The notes beneath the pieces are model-generated. The model was not told the DNA's origin, did no database searches, and saw only the letters and a list, made by a program, of their open reading frames with translations. This document shows, one piece after another, positions 1 through 8,751 of a stretch of 45,974 nt of DNA. The DNA comes from a virus (taxonomy: Duplodnaviria; Caudoviricetes), in the IMG/VR virus record IMGVR_UViG_3300037851_000266, positions 1-45,974 of that record. One strand, 5' to 3'. The position numbers and the translations under genes were made by a program. Every line of letters starts with the position of its first letter. The stretch's first letter is position 1.

Positions 1-257
1 AAGATTCTGCCCCGGCCTCAAAATGAAATCTTGAGTATCGATCAATATCGGCAAAAGATGAATATCGATCGAGCGCTGTTGCTCGACGGCTGTATGCATC
101 CGAGTAATGAACTGCTGCCAGATGGTATCGCCCGCCGTCGCAGTGATGGGCGCGGTCTCTCCGATCTGCGCTCGGCAGATCACCGCCGCATCTGATGATA
201 GAGTGCTGTCTGCAAGTTGCTTGTCTACTATCGCGCCGCCGCTAATGGCGGTTGCTC
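1..257. repeat. Terminal direct repeat, left copy (circular assembly overlap)
   Basis: Aligns to 45718-45974 (offset 45717). Mismatches at 4,37,47,94,103,106,115,130; 131-257 (127 bp) identical. Confidence 0.95.
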
Positions 258-435
258 TACTCACTTTGATCAATGGCTGCACGGCGGTCAATACAGCGAG
301 GTTGTTTGTCTGCATGACCAAGCGCCGTACATACACGTCCACCCGCGAGGCGATCCCGTTCTCAATCGTAAATAGATTTTGAGCGGTGGCGTCATTGCCC
401 AGCATGACAACAGATCGCGCTGTGATGTACGCCAT
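1..435 (-). CDS. 5' part of a putative virion structural protein spanning the circular join (about 255 aa in total); paralog of 436-966
   Basis: ATG at 435 abuts the stop of 436-966. Reads MAYITARSVVMLGNDATAQNLFTIENG...LTAVQPLIKVSR...IWQQF..RMHTAVEQ and continues in frame into 45717-45385. Confidence 0.85.
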   Translation of the reverse strand, partial: MAYITARSVVMLGNDATAQNLFTIENGIASRVDVYVRRLVMQTNNLAVLTAVQPLIKVSRATAISGGAIVDKQLADSTLSSDAAVICRAQIGETAPITATAGDTIWQQFITRMHTAVEQQRSIDIHLLPILIDTQDFILRPGQNL

Positions 436-966
436 TTAGTTCTCTTCCCAAACTATCTGGACTGTGTAATGATTTGTGGCGGGATTGGATGTGCCCGCCG
501 CCGCCACGATAGCAACTACCAGCGCCTCGTTCTGCCGCAGCACAAAATTATTCAGCGCGGCCACAGTCGGGAGTACATCATTGTCAGGCGCGAGGACTTG
601 CCCCACGGCAGTATGCAGTCGCATTCCAAACTGCTGCCAGATGATTGTCCCCGGCGTGGCCGTTGGCCCTGAGTTAGCGCCGCCGTCGGATGCAGTTGAA
701 CCACGACAGATGGTATTGGCGTTGGATGAGTTGGCAGTGTCGAATTGCGCTTTTGAAAGCGTTGTGCCGCCCGAAGGCACAGCGCAGCGTGAAATTTTGA
801 TCAACGGCATGACCGCCGTCAAAACGGCGGTTGCGTCCATCTGCACAACAACCTTGCGAACATATACTAACTTTGTGCTGTCTATATTCTCAATGGTCAT
901 CAAGTTTTGAGTTGTGGCCGCATTACCGATCTGTCGAAATGTTGCCGCCGAAAAATATCCCGCCAT
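436..966 (-). CDS. Putative virion structural protein, beta-rich
   Basis: 176 aa ORF with GGAGA RBS, in the late operon after portal; shares several motif blocks with the downstream gene. Confidence 0.7.
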   Translation of the reverse strand: MAGYFSAATFRQIGNAATTQNLMTIENIDSTKLVYVRKVVVQMDATAVLTAVMPLIKISRCAVPSGGTTLSKAQFDTANSSNANTICRGSTASDGGANSGPTATPGTIIWQQFGMRLHTAVGQVLAPDNDVLPTVAALNNFVLRQNEALVVAIVAAAGTSNPATNHYTVQIVWEEN

Positions 967-977
967 GTATGATCTCC

Positions 978-1418
978 TTATCCGTCGAATTGCATCGACG
1001 GCGTAATCTTTTGAGTATCGCCCGTCGTCAAAGTGTTGGCCGTGGTGTCATCGAAATTGGCGTAGAACACCGCCACACCAGTCCCAACGCCGCTGGTTGT
1101 GGCGATGAAAAATCCAGTGACGGTTTCCCCGCTAGCCCCCACCGCTGCGAAAGATTTTTGCGCCGCTGTCCGAACGCGCCCGTTGCCGTTTGTGGATGCC
1201 GCGCCCCAGTCGCCGGGCGCAATGGTTATCCGTGCATAATTGGTAAATGCCGCCTCAGTGACACCGGTCTGTGTCGCCAGCACTGCCCCGCGTGCTGGCA
1301 CAGTTGATCCGGTCTGCGAGGTGAACATGCCAAGATAGAGATTAGTCGGCGCGGCGGTGTTGCCCGTGGCAATGCCCAACAGCCAATCAAGCCCTTCATC
1401 GGGGAAAATCTCAGCCAT
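978..1418 (-). CDS. Putative virion structural / fibre-base protein
   Basis: 146 aa, T/G/A-rich, 'NYARITI...W' pattern recalled from phage structural proteins; coupled to portal stop. Confidence 0.65.
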   Translation of the reverse strand: MAEIFPDEGLDWLLGIATGNTAAPTNLYLGMFTSQTGSTVPARGAVLATQTGVTEAAFTNYARITIAPGDWGAASTNGNGRVRTAAQKSFAAVGASGETVTGFFIATTSGVGTGVAVFYANFDDTTANTLTTGDTQKITPSMQFDG

Positions 1419-3250
1419 TAATTAACCTCCGCTGTTGCGCCGATCATTTTATCCTTCTGATCACGCTGCACTTTCATCACCACTGTTTTATTTTTCTCGA
1501 TGACCACGGGCGCGGGCTGCACTGTCACATCGCCCGCATTTTGCACCGTCACCGGGGCGGGCTGTACCGTGATATTGTTCTGCGCGGGCTGAACAATGAT
1601 CGGTGCTCCTTTCGTTTCCGGCATATGAACGGTGACGGGCGGCGTGCTGATCGTCGGCGCGAAAATAATCGGCGCAAGCGCGGACGGCAGCGCTTCTTTG
1701 CGCGTCACGGCATGCTTGAGAATGTCCAGCAATGAGCGGCGCTCTTGCTTCGCTTCGGTGTCTTTCAGTTCTGCCCGCGCTTCGTCGATCGATTGCTTTA
1801 ATTCAAGCAATGCATCGATCTCTTTCTGACTGGCAGCAGGAGGCGCAGTAGGCCCGGCCTGTGGCGGGGTAGGCGGAGTCTGTGTCATATCAGTCACAGC
1901 TTGCGCCTGTACCTGCTCTTCCGTGACTGGTTTCTCTTCATCGTTCAATGCCGCGCCCGCCTGTGTCTGATCGACGGCGATGAACTCACGCGGCATGTCG
2001 TCACTGTCAACGGCCATTTGTCGCGCCTGCTCTGCCGTCACTTCACCTGCTGCGATCATGCTGGCGCGGGTTTGCTCGCGCACAAGCGCGATGTCAGCTT
2101 GCTGCTTTTCCTCGCGCAAGTCTCGCTCTTTGAAAGCAAATGTCACGGAATCGGGCAACAAATACTTGTTGATGATGTGCGTCATGTGCTTGTCGCGTGC
2201 AGCTACGCCAAAGCCCGCCGCTTTCTCACTGAGTACCACGGCTTGCGCGCCAACACCCAGCGCGCCACGCGCCATCAACACCGGATTGATGTCCTGCGGA
2301 TCACAGCCGATCGCGTTCGCATAAGACAACTGCGCGATCATCAATTCCTTTTCACGATCATATCCGTCCGGCAATTCACGGAGTGGGATCGTGATATGCT
2401 TCACGTCCACATTTGCCAGAATACCGCCAATGATTCGCCCCTGGAATCTCCGAAAACCTTTTGACTTCGCCTCGGCGCTGCCGGTCACGAACAGGTCTTG
2501 CAATTGCGGAGAGGACAGGCCGGTTACCAGGTCAAGCGATGTCGCGCCCGTGCCTGTGATCTTCTCTTTGAAATACTGGCTCATGCCCGCCATGTTGTAG
2601 ATGTAATCATACGCACGCTCGGCGGCGCAGTGGCCGATACCAAGTGACGCCGCCGCCGGGTCAGGCATATCTACCAGATCGAACGCCTGATAGTATTTCA
2701 ACTCGTGATAAATGCCGCGCAAATCGACAAATAGAAACGGCGTCTCAGGATCGCCCGTGCGAATGACGCGCAACGAGTCGAGATGTACCAGGCCGATGAT
2801 GCGACTACCCGCCGCACTACTTACACGCACAATCTCCCAAAACTCGCCATTATTGGAGCAGAGATAATCGATCATGCCGCGTTGCTGACTAGGAACGTAA
2901 CCATCGCCGCCCCAGTCCAAGAGCATCTCTTGGTAGCGACCTGAGCGCGGCCCGGTCAAGTCAAATGATTTCGCTGCTGCTTTCGTCGCCGCCTTGCTCA
3001 CGGCCCCGGCCCAAAACGATTCATGCAAGATGGTCGAGCGCAAAACGAGATCGCGTGACCAATAGGCCGCCACACCGAAACGCAGCGACCAATAGGGCGG
3101 CAACTCAGAGGGGAGCGCCAGGTTTGCTTGCGATAGCATGAACCACGGGATCATGAAGTTGACGACGCCATTGCCCTGATATTCCGGCATGTCGTTTTTC
3201 GTGACACTGTTCGCAAAGAGATCATTCGTGAGTGCGTCGGCCATAGTCAT
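1418..3250 (-). CDS. Portal protein with long C-terminal extension
   Basis: 610 aa directly after TerL; portal-like 'NGEFWEIVR...LVHLDSLRV'; C-terminal P/V/T-rich repeats. Confidence 0.85.
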   Translation of the reverse strand: MTMADALTNDLFANSVTKNDMPEYQGNGVVNFMIPWFMLSQANLALPSELPPYWSLRFGVAAYWSRDLVLRSTILHESFWAGAVSKAATKAAAKSFDLTGPRSGRYQEMLLDWGGDGYVPSQQRGMIDYLCSNNGEFWEIVRVSSAAGSRIIGLVHLDSLRVIRTGDPETPFLFVDLRGIYHELKYYQAFDLVDMPDPAAASLGIGHCAAERAYDYIYNMAGMSQYFKEKITGTGATSLDLVTGLSSPQLQDLFVTGSAEAKSKGFRRFQGRIIGGILANVDVKHITIPLRELPDGYDREKELMIAQLSYANAIGCDPQDINPVLMARGALGVGAQAVVLSEKAAGFGVAARDKHMTHIINKYLLPDSVTFAFKERDLREEKQQADIALVREQTRASMIAAGEVTAEQARQMAVDSDDMPREFIAVDQTQAGAALNDEEKPVTEEQVQAQAVTDMTQTPPTPPQAGPTAPPAASQKEIDALLELKQSIDEARAELKDTEAKQERRSLLDILKHAVTRKEALPSALAPIIFAPTISTPPVTVHMPETKGAPIIVQPAQNNITVQPAPVTVQNAGDVTVQPAPVVIEKNKTVVMKVQRDQKDKMIGATAEVN

Positions 3251-3253
3251 CGC

Positions 3254-4678
3254 CTATAATCCTAACTGATTAGCCGTGAAAGCGGCCATGCTCAAACAAA
3301 CTGCCAGATCGATCTTGTTCTGCGCCTCGCGCTTCACAATCCGTAGTTTGCGCGATTCCGGGTCGAGCTTGCGATCAGCGTTGTCGATGTGCTTGCGGAG
3401 CGCCGCATTGCCGTCATGCACAATGCGCCGTGAGGCGATCAGATCGAACAAATGCTTATCCGCCTCAAGCCGCTGCGTGCTCTGCGGGAATTCCACACAG
3501 GCTACAATGCCATCACGCATCAGACCGGACGTGAGTTGGTACAGACCGTGCGGATCGTAAACGACTTCAGTCAAGGCGTAGCGCGGCGCAAGCACGTTGC
3601 GGATAATCCAATCAGGCCCCGGATTCGATTCGTCGCCGTAATGATCGATAATGCCGCCTGTGCGCGGCGGCATCCACTCGTACACGACGCGCACCGCTAA
3701 CACACCCGGCCTTGTCGGATGCGATGTGACGCCAATCAGCCCGAACGAATCCGCCACGTCTGCGCCGTCAAGCGCGACGATCAACTGCTCATGCTCTGTG
3801 AGTGCGGGCAATGATGCATCAAGACACGCATCCCATAATGCCATGCTGGGCAGAAAGCGATCTTCACCGATACTTTGAAATGCCTCATCCGGCACGGCAG
3901 GGTATTCCTGTTTGTGATGAGTCGGACTGATTGCATTGCGCTCTTCCTCTGCATACCATTCGACTGTCCGTGTCGGGCGAGAATGCCACGGCAGAAAGAT
4001 CGGCATGAGACTGTTCAGCCCTGCCTGTGCTGACGTCCATAGTTTGTGAAAAGGGTTTCCCTCGCCTTTGGCTGTCGAGATAATGATAATGCGCCCGCCG
4101 TCTGAGATCGTCGGCTTAACGCTCGTATACAAATCGGCTGCATAATGCATCTTAGCAAACTCATCTAGCACAATCAATGAAGCAGTAAACGATGACCCGG
4201 CGTCCTCAGTGGCGGCAAAAGACATGATACGAGAACCATTTGACCAGCCGATAGTAGTAACATTATCAGTTATCATCCCAGCCGGCTTGCGTGCCAGCCG
4301 TTGATACATGCCCCGCGCCCGCCGTACCATCTCATTGGCGCTAGATTGATCCTTGCTGAACACCATCACGTTTTTGTTTGAGTGGAATAGACACAGCCAG
4401 AGTGCATACGCAATTACCAGCCACGATATGCCCAATTGACGCGCCTTCAAGATAATCACCTGCGGCGCATGTTGAATCGTCGTCAATGCTTCGCGCTGTG
4501 CGTCCCACAGATGAAACGGGATGATCGTCACGGTGTCCCCTTGCGGCTCTTCGATCGTAATGCAATCATTGATCCATCGGCTCAAGTCAGGCGCGACATT
4601 CAATGTCTGCGCTTGTTGTCGCTGTCTAAGTTTTAACTTTGCCGCTGCGCGCAATCGCAGACCGGATGCTTCCACCAT
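3254..4678 (-). CDS. terL: Terminase large subunit
   Basis: Walker A-like ILKARQLGISW, Walker B IVLDE, motif III ISTA, nuclease acidic motifs (VALDG, VVYDP, KIDLAV). Confidence 0.95.
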   Translation of the reverse strand: MVEASGLRLRAAAKLKLRQRQQAQTLNVAPDLSRWINDCITIEEPQGDTVTIIPFHLWDAQREALTTIQHAPQVIILKARQLGISWLVIAYALWLCLFHSNKNVMVFSKDQSSANEMVRRARGMYQRLARKPAGMITDNVTTIGWSNGSRIMSFAATEDAGSSFTASLIVLDEFAKMHYAADLYTSVKPTISDGGRIIIISTAKGEGNPFHKLWTSAQAGLNSLMPIFLPWHSRPTRTVEWYAEEERNAISPTHHKQEYPAVPDEAFQSIGEDRFLPSMALWDACLDASLPALTEHEQLIVALDGADVADSFGLIGVTSHPTRPGVLAVRVVYEWMPPRTGGIIDHYGDESNPGPDWIIRNVLAPRYALTEVVYDPHGLYQLTSGLMRDGIVACVEFPQSTQRLEADKHLFDLIASRRIVHDGNAALRKHIDNADRKLDPESRKLRIVKREAQNKIDLAVCLSMAAFTANQLGL

Positions 4679-5117
4679 TGGCTATTATCTCCAATTGCTC
4701 ATCTGATAGATCATCCAGATTAATATTGAAATTCTCGGATTGATCCGGCACTTTGCCGAACGCTGCTTCCGTTGCATCCCGCTGGCGCTTCGGATTCTGA
4801 ATCCACGAGCGGGCGATCATCTCAGCATTCGTAGCGACATGTTCAACGCCGTTCGCATCCTTCAGCATCAGCGGCCCGCCTGTCTTGGCGTCGATAGCGA
4901 TTTCGTTCATCAACTTGACGACCAATTTGCGCCACTGATCGAAATCTTTCGGCTTGTTGCCGCGCTTTGGCGCACGCGGGCCGCCGAACTGCGTTTCTTT
5001 CGGCGGCTTTTTGTAGCCGACTTTATACGGCTCTTCTCCCGCTATGTTCCCGCTAGGATCGGGTATTTCTTCCACTTGACAACCTAACCGTTTTGGTATA
5101 ATATCATCATATATCAC
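4626..5117 (-). CDS. terS: Terminase small subunit (DUF5681-like N-terminus); start may be GTG at 5075
   Basis: YKVGYKKPPKETQF motif and C-terminal 'LDDLSDEQL'; overlaps TerL start. Confidence 0.8.
   Translation of the reverse strand: MIYDDIIPKRLGCQVEEIPDPSGNIAGEEPYKVGYKKPPKETQFGGPRAPKRGNKPKDFDQWRKLVVKLMNEIAIDAKTGGPLMLKDANGVEHVATNAEMIARSWIQNPKRQRDATEAAFGKVPDQSENFNINLDDLSDEQLEIIANGGSIRSAIARSGKVKT
5076..5102 (+). promoter_or_regulatory. Sigma70-like promoter for the radical SAM gene
   Basis: TTGACA-15-TATAAT (short spacer, TG-extended -10), then AGGAGG RBS at 5120-5125. Confidence 0.6.
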
Positions 5118-5132
5118 TCAGGAGGATATACA

Positions 5133-6059
5133 ATGTCCCAACAGTTCAGCATGTTCGACGCGGCTCAGACAATGGGCCGCAAGGGTGGACAATCCACCAG
5201 TGAAGCAAAGCAGGCCGCCGTCCGAGAAAATGGAAAACTTGGCGGGCGTCCCATCACCGCCACGATCAACCCTGACGGCGTATCGATCAAGGGATGCAGC
5301 ATCATTTACGCCCCCGCTGGTCAGGCTGGCGAATACGCGCCGCTGGCCTGCAATCCCTACAGCGGCTGCGGCCACAAATGCGCGTACTGCTACGTCCCGA
5401 ACGTTCTCAAAATTACCCGCGAGTCGTTTGACGCTGGCGCATATCCCCGCGATAACTTCATCGACAAACTGAAGAAAGACGCCCGCAAATATCAGCAGGC
5501 CGGAATCACAGAACAAGTCATGCTCAGTTTTACCACTGACCCCTATCATCCCACCGACAACACTTTGACACGCAAGGTGCTGGAAGTGCTGATCGATAAC
5601 GGCCTCGCCTTTTGCACTCTCACCAAGGGCGGCTCGCGCGCCATGCGTGACCTGGATTTGTTCCGACCAGACCGTGACGCCTTTGCCAGCACATTGACCA
5701 GCCTCGATCCGCAGTTCTCGCAGAAATGGGAGCGCGGCGCGGCTCTGCCCGACGACAGGATCGCAACCCTCCGTAAGTTCCATGACGCCGGTATCTTTAC
5801 ATGGGTGTCGCTGGAACCAACGCTTGACATTGAAGCGAGTATGCAAATCGTGCGAAAAACTCATACGTTCGTTGACCTCTATAAGATCGGGCGCGTCAAC
5901 TACTTACCGATGACCTGCACAACCGATTGGGAGGACTACACCCACCGCATGGTTGACGTGTGCCAGAGTCTTGGCGTAAAGCATTACATCAAGCATGACT
6001 TGCAGCCCTATCTGCCGCATGGGTATTATAACCCGAAGCGGATCGTCCAGCACAATTGA
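5133..6059 (+). CDS. Radical SAM enzyme (spore photoproduct lyase-like family) with basic N-terminal motif
   Basis: NPYSGCGHKCAYCY (CxxxCxxC), TDPY, LTKG, WVSLEP; N-terminal GRKGG...ENGKLGGRP. Confidence 0.9.
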   Translation: MSQQFSMFDAAQTMGRKGGQSTSEAKQAAVRENGKLGGRPITATINPDGVSIKGCSIIYAPAGQAGEYAPLACNPYSGCGHKCAYCYVPNVLKITRESFDAGAYPRDNFIDKLKKDARKYQQAGITEQVMLSFTTDPYHPTDNTLTRKVLEVLIDNGLAFCTLTKGGSRAMRDLDLFRPDRDAFASTLTSLDPQFSQKWERGAALPDDRIATLRKFHDAGIFTWVSLEPTLDIEASMQIVRKTHTFVDLYKIGRVNYLPMTCTTDWEDYTHRMVDVCQSLGVKHYIKHDLQPYLPHGYYNPKRIVQHN

Positions 6060-6591
6060 ACGCCAAATAATGCTTGCGCCCGCGTGAACGATGTACAATC
6101 CTAGTCACGCCGCGTAGCGCCAGATACTCTCTGAAGTACTGCCAGCCCCGCTCTGAAAATAGAGTGGGGCATTTTTTTACTTGTGCCTCAGAAAATCCAA
6201 CTGCGTTCAATACGCTGTATGGCATGATGCCATCCAGCGATTGAATGAAAGTGGCAAACACCACCCCGCTATATCCGCGATTGAATAGGGCATCAATCTG
6301 ATCGGCTGGCACTCCATAAGCATCCAGATCGATCACATTGAACCGCGACAAGTCTAACTCTTGCAAATAGCGCCGATTGTCACCCGGCAAGCGGAAGCCA
6401 CCACTATACGACCTCTCATCAATTGGCAGCACCCTAATCGAACGCCCTGGAAGCGCCGCAATAATTGCTCGCCAGATGATACCCGACCCGGCGAAGCAGT
6501 CCAGCACGCGCAAATCGCCCGCTGGCAGATGATTCATCCTCAGCGCGATCTTGTCTTTCAAAAATGAGTTGTTTATTTTAGTTCGCACCAT
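5989..6591 (-). CDS. SAM-dependent methyltransferase (TcmP/Trm1-like motif IV)
   Basis: Motif I RVLDCFAGSG; motif IV-like VIDLDAYG; ATG at 6591 overlaps the ParB-like stop. Confidence 0.8.
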   Translation of the reverse strand: MVRTKINNSFLKDKIALRMNHLPAGDLRVLDCFAGSGIIWRAIIAALPGRSIRVLPIDERSYSGGFRLPGDNRRYLQELDLSRFNVIDLDAYGVPADQIDALFNRGYSGVVFATFIQSLDGIMPYSVLNAVGFSEAQVKKCPTLFSERGWQYFREYLALRGVTRIVHRSRGRKHYLAFNCAGRSASGYNTHAADRAASHA

Positions 6592-7156
6592 AGTCAATCT
6601 GCGCGCCTTCAATGGCTGCTACTTTCTCAATCAATTCTCGCGCCTCGATTGCGCCATCCAGCGGCACACCAATCAACACCCGAAGATATTGACGTGCCTC
6701 TAATTGTTCGCTACGCTCTGTCAATTGTTCGTCTGCCGCCTCTTCCAGCATCGTCGCCAGATTTGCCGCGTCATTGTTCCATGTCGCCAGCGTCTCGGCG
6801 TCCATGCCCCAGTCTTTCACCGCTTCAGCATCCCACTGCGCCAACGCCTGCCAATCCCACGCACCTGCCGGGATGTTAGCGGCCAGCGTCAACGCGGCCC
6901 GCTCGTCATCGTTTAATGCACGCTCACTCTGCCGCGCCTCGACCTCGTAGGCCGCGCCATAAGCCGCGAGCAAAGCGTTGAGCCGCTGATGACCATCATA
7001 CACTTCACCCGCTGGCCCGATCGCTATCGTCTGAAACTGGCCCAACGTCTGCCACGACTTGAGCAGCCGCTGCGCCTGCCGCTTCGTCATCGTGCGCGGG
7101 TTATGCTCCCACGGCTGTAAGTCGCCAAGTTTAACGGTGACGTTTGTCCAGTTCAT
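6578..7156 (-). CDS. ParB/Srx N-terminal domain protein
   Basis: LQPWEHNPR...VYDGHQRL signature. Confidence 0.85.
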   Translation of the reverse strand: MNWTNVTVKLGDLQPWEHNPRTMTKRQAQRLLKSWQTLGQFQTIAIGPAGEVYDGHQRLNALLAAYGAAYEVEARQSERALNDDERAALTLAANIPAGAWDWQALAQWDAEAVKDWGMDAETLATWNNDAANLATMLEEAADEQLTERSEQLEARQYLRVLIGVPLDGAIEARELIEKVAAIEGAQIDYGAN

Positions 7157-7368
7157 CCCGTCGTCTTTTCCAGCGCCGTTTGCAACTCCTCCGCGATGCG
7201 CTTACATGTCGCCACGGCTACGGCGTCGTCGATCGGCGGCGGCTCAGGTATCTCGACAACCGAGCCGAACGCGCAGCCGACGCGCTCAGGCGGGCGCGCA
7301 ATGACGCGGGCGCGCATGAGATCGATTTCAGTGTCTTCGAGTGACAGCAGGTAGTCGTATTCGTTCAT
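7153..7368 (-). CDS. Hypothetical protein
   Basis: 71 aa, ATGA overlaps with both neighbours. Confidence 0.6.
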   Translation of the reverse strand: MNEYDYLLSLEDTEIDLMRARVIARPPERVGCAFGSVVEIPEPPPIDDAVAVATCKRIAEELQTALEKTTG

Positions 7369-7517
7369 CGCAAAATCAGGTAGATCAAAACTACGCCAAG
7401 AATCAACGTCACTAACGCCAACAGTCCGTCAATCAGCAAATCGATCCGCTGCTGCCGACGCTGCTCGTGCCAGTAGCGGCGCGTTTGCCTGATCCACTCC
7501 GGCTCATTATCCAGCAT
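7365..7517 (-). CDS. Small membrane protein (one C-terminal TM)
   Basis: MLDNEPEW...LLIDGLLALVTLILGVVLIYLILR; start overlaps M23 gene stop. Confidence 0.6.
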   Translation of the reverse strand: MLDNEPEWIRQTRRYWHEQRRQQRIDLLIDGLLALVTLILGVVLIYLILR

Positions 7518-8181
7518 GATCCTTGTGCCACTTGACCGGATCGTGATAATCGCTGATGACACGCGCCTTATTGTTGCCCGGCCAATCATCAGGGCGTGCG
7601 CCCAAATCGATCCTAGCCACATCATAATGCAAGTGATCTCCCTTTGGCCCATTCCGATCATAGTCAGCGATAATACCGATCTGCTGGCCGCGCTTCACCG
7701 GCCCCAGCCCCGGCGCGTCTTTGATATGCGCATAGCGCGTCCATACCCCGCCATGATCAATGACGACCACCTGCCCCTGCCAGCCGAGTACAACGCCACT
7801 GAAAACGATCTGACCATCAGCGGCGGCATATACCGGCTTCCCCGCGTCGGCATAGTTCGGACGGTTGAGATCGCAGCCCGTATGATAGGCCGTGCCGTTG
7901 CTGTATGACACAGCATAACCAACGGCGCTGAACCAATCCCCGCCCCATATTTCTGTCGTGCCTGTGACTGGCGATGAGAACACAAGCGGCGGCGCTCCAT
8001 TGCCCTGCTGAAGCATCAGCGGTTTGATCTCGTCAACCCACATCGCCCCAAGCGCTTCGAATTCGTTTTCGAGCCGATAGAACATCTGCTTGATCGCTTC
8101 TTGTTTTGCCTCATAGCGAGCAATGGCAGGAGCGGGATCAGGATTGGTCACGGCAACCACTCCGCTGATGCGATGCTTCAC
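7507..8181 (-). CDS. M23 family peptidase, probable endolysin
   Basis: HTGCD (HxxxD), PVYAAADG, RYAH, HLH zinc motifs. Confidence 0.9.
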   Translation of the reverse strand: MKHRISGVVAVTNPDPAPAIARYEAKQEAIKQMFYRLENEFEALGAMWVDEIKPLMLQQGNGAPPLVFSSPVTGTTEIWGGDWFSAVGYAVSYSNGTAYHTGCDLNRPNYADAGKPVYAAADGQIVFSGVVLGWQGQVVVIDHGGVWTRYAHIKDAPGLGPVKRGQQIGIIADYDRNGPKGDHLHYDVARIDLGARPDDWPGNNKARVISDYHDPVKWHKDHAG

Positions 8182-8380
8182 GCGTCACGACACAGGCCAA
8201 ACGCCGATCACCGGCGGCGATCGTGTCGAGGCATTGACCATAGCCGGTGCGATCCGGCCCGTTGCAGTGGAACCCTAACCGACTAATCACATTGCTCATA
8301 ATATCGCCATGACTGATCTTGTAGCATCTCGTAATAGAGTATCACGATCAAAGCAATCCAGAATTCACGCATCTCATTAC

Positions 8381-8737
8381 TCATGCTTCCCTCACGTACA
8401 AAATCCGAGAATAGATCGGGACAATTTTCCCGCCGATATAGACCTCAGCCCATCGCCAATCGTGCGAGTGAGCAATGCCGTAGAATTTCGTACCATCTTT
8501 ACGCACGAAAAGATACTGAGCGTCAGGAAGTTGTGTTTCAGGATGCACGCGCAATTTTTCCGCGCGGATGATAGCGCGATAAACGAAGATGTCATCAACC
8601 AATTGAAAAATTGATAGGCATTGCATCTCGAATAGCGAGGCATAGCGAAAAAGTGCGATACCAGCAGGATTGATATATTGCACGAAATTGCCATCGTGCA
8701 TGATAACCGCATCGAGCATATCGTCAAAGAGATGCAC
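8381..8737 (-). CDS. Stand-alone PAS domain protein
   Basis: LFDDMLDAVIMHD..VQYINPAGIALFRY...EM...I..LV and RKDGTKF PAS/PAC pattern; AGGTGA RBS before GTG. Confidence 0.85.
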   Translation of the reverse strand: MHLFDDMLDAVIMHDGNFVQYINPAGIALFRYASLFEMQCLSIFQLVDDIFVYRAIIRAEKLRVHPETQLPDAQYLFVRKDGTKFYGIAHSHDWRWAEVYIGGKIVPIYSRILYVREA

Positions 8738-8751
8738 GTCACATGATCACC

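Noticed and set aside
1-130. DGR template/variable repeat pair (6 of 8 mismatches at plus-strand A)
   Set aside because: Seven of eight differences are at third codon positions, no reverse transcriptase is present, and the repeat is the contig overlap.
5118-5864. 248-aa minus-strand ORF
   Set aside because: Antisense shadow of the radical SAM gene, which has motifs, RBS and promoter; no recognisable features.
6578-7156. ParABS plasmid-prophage partition system
   Set aside because: Only a ParB N-terminal domain; no ParA or HTH, and the context is MTase/terminase.
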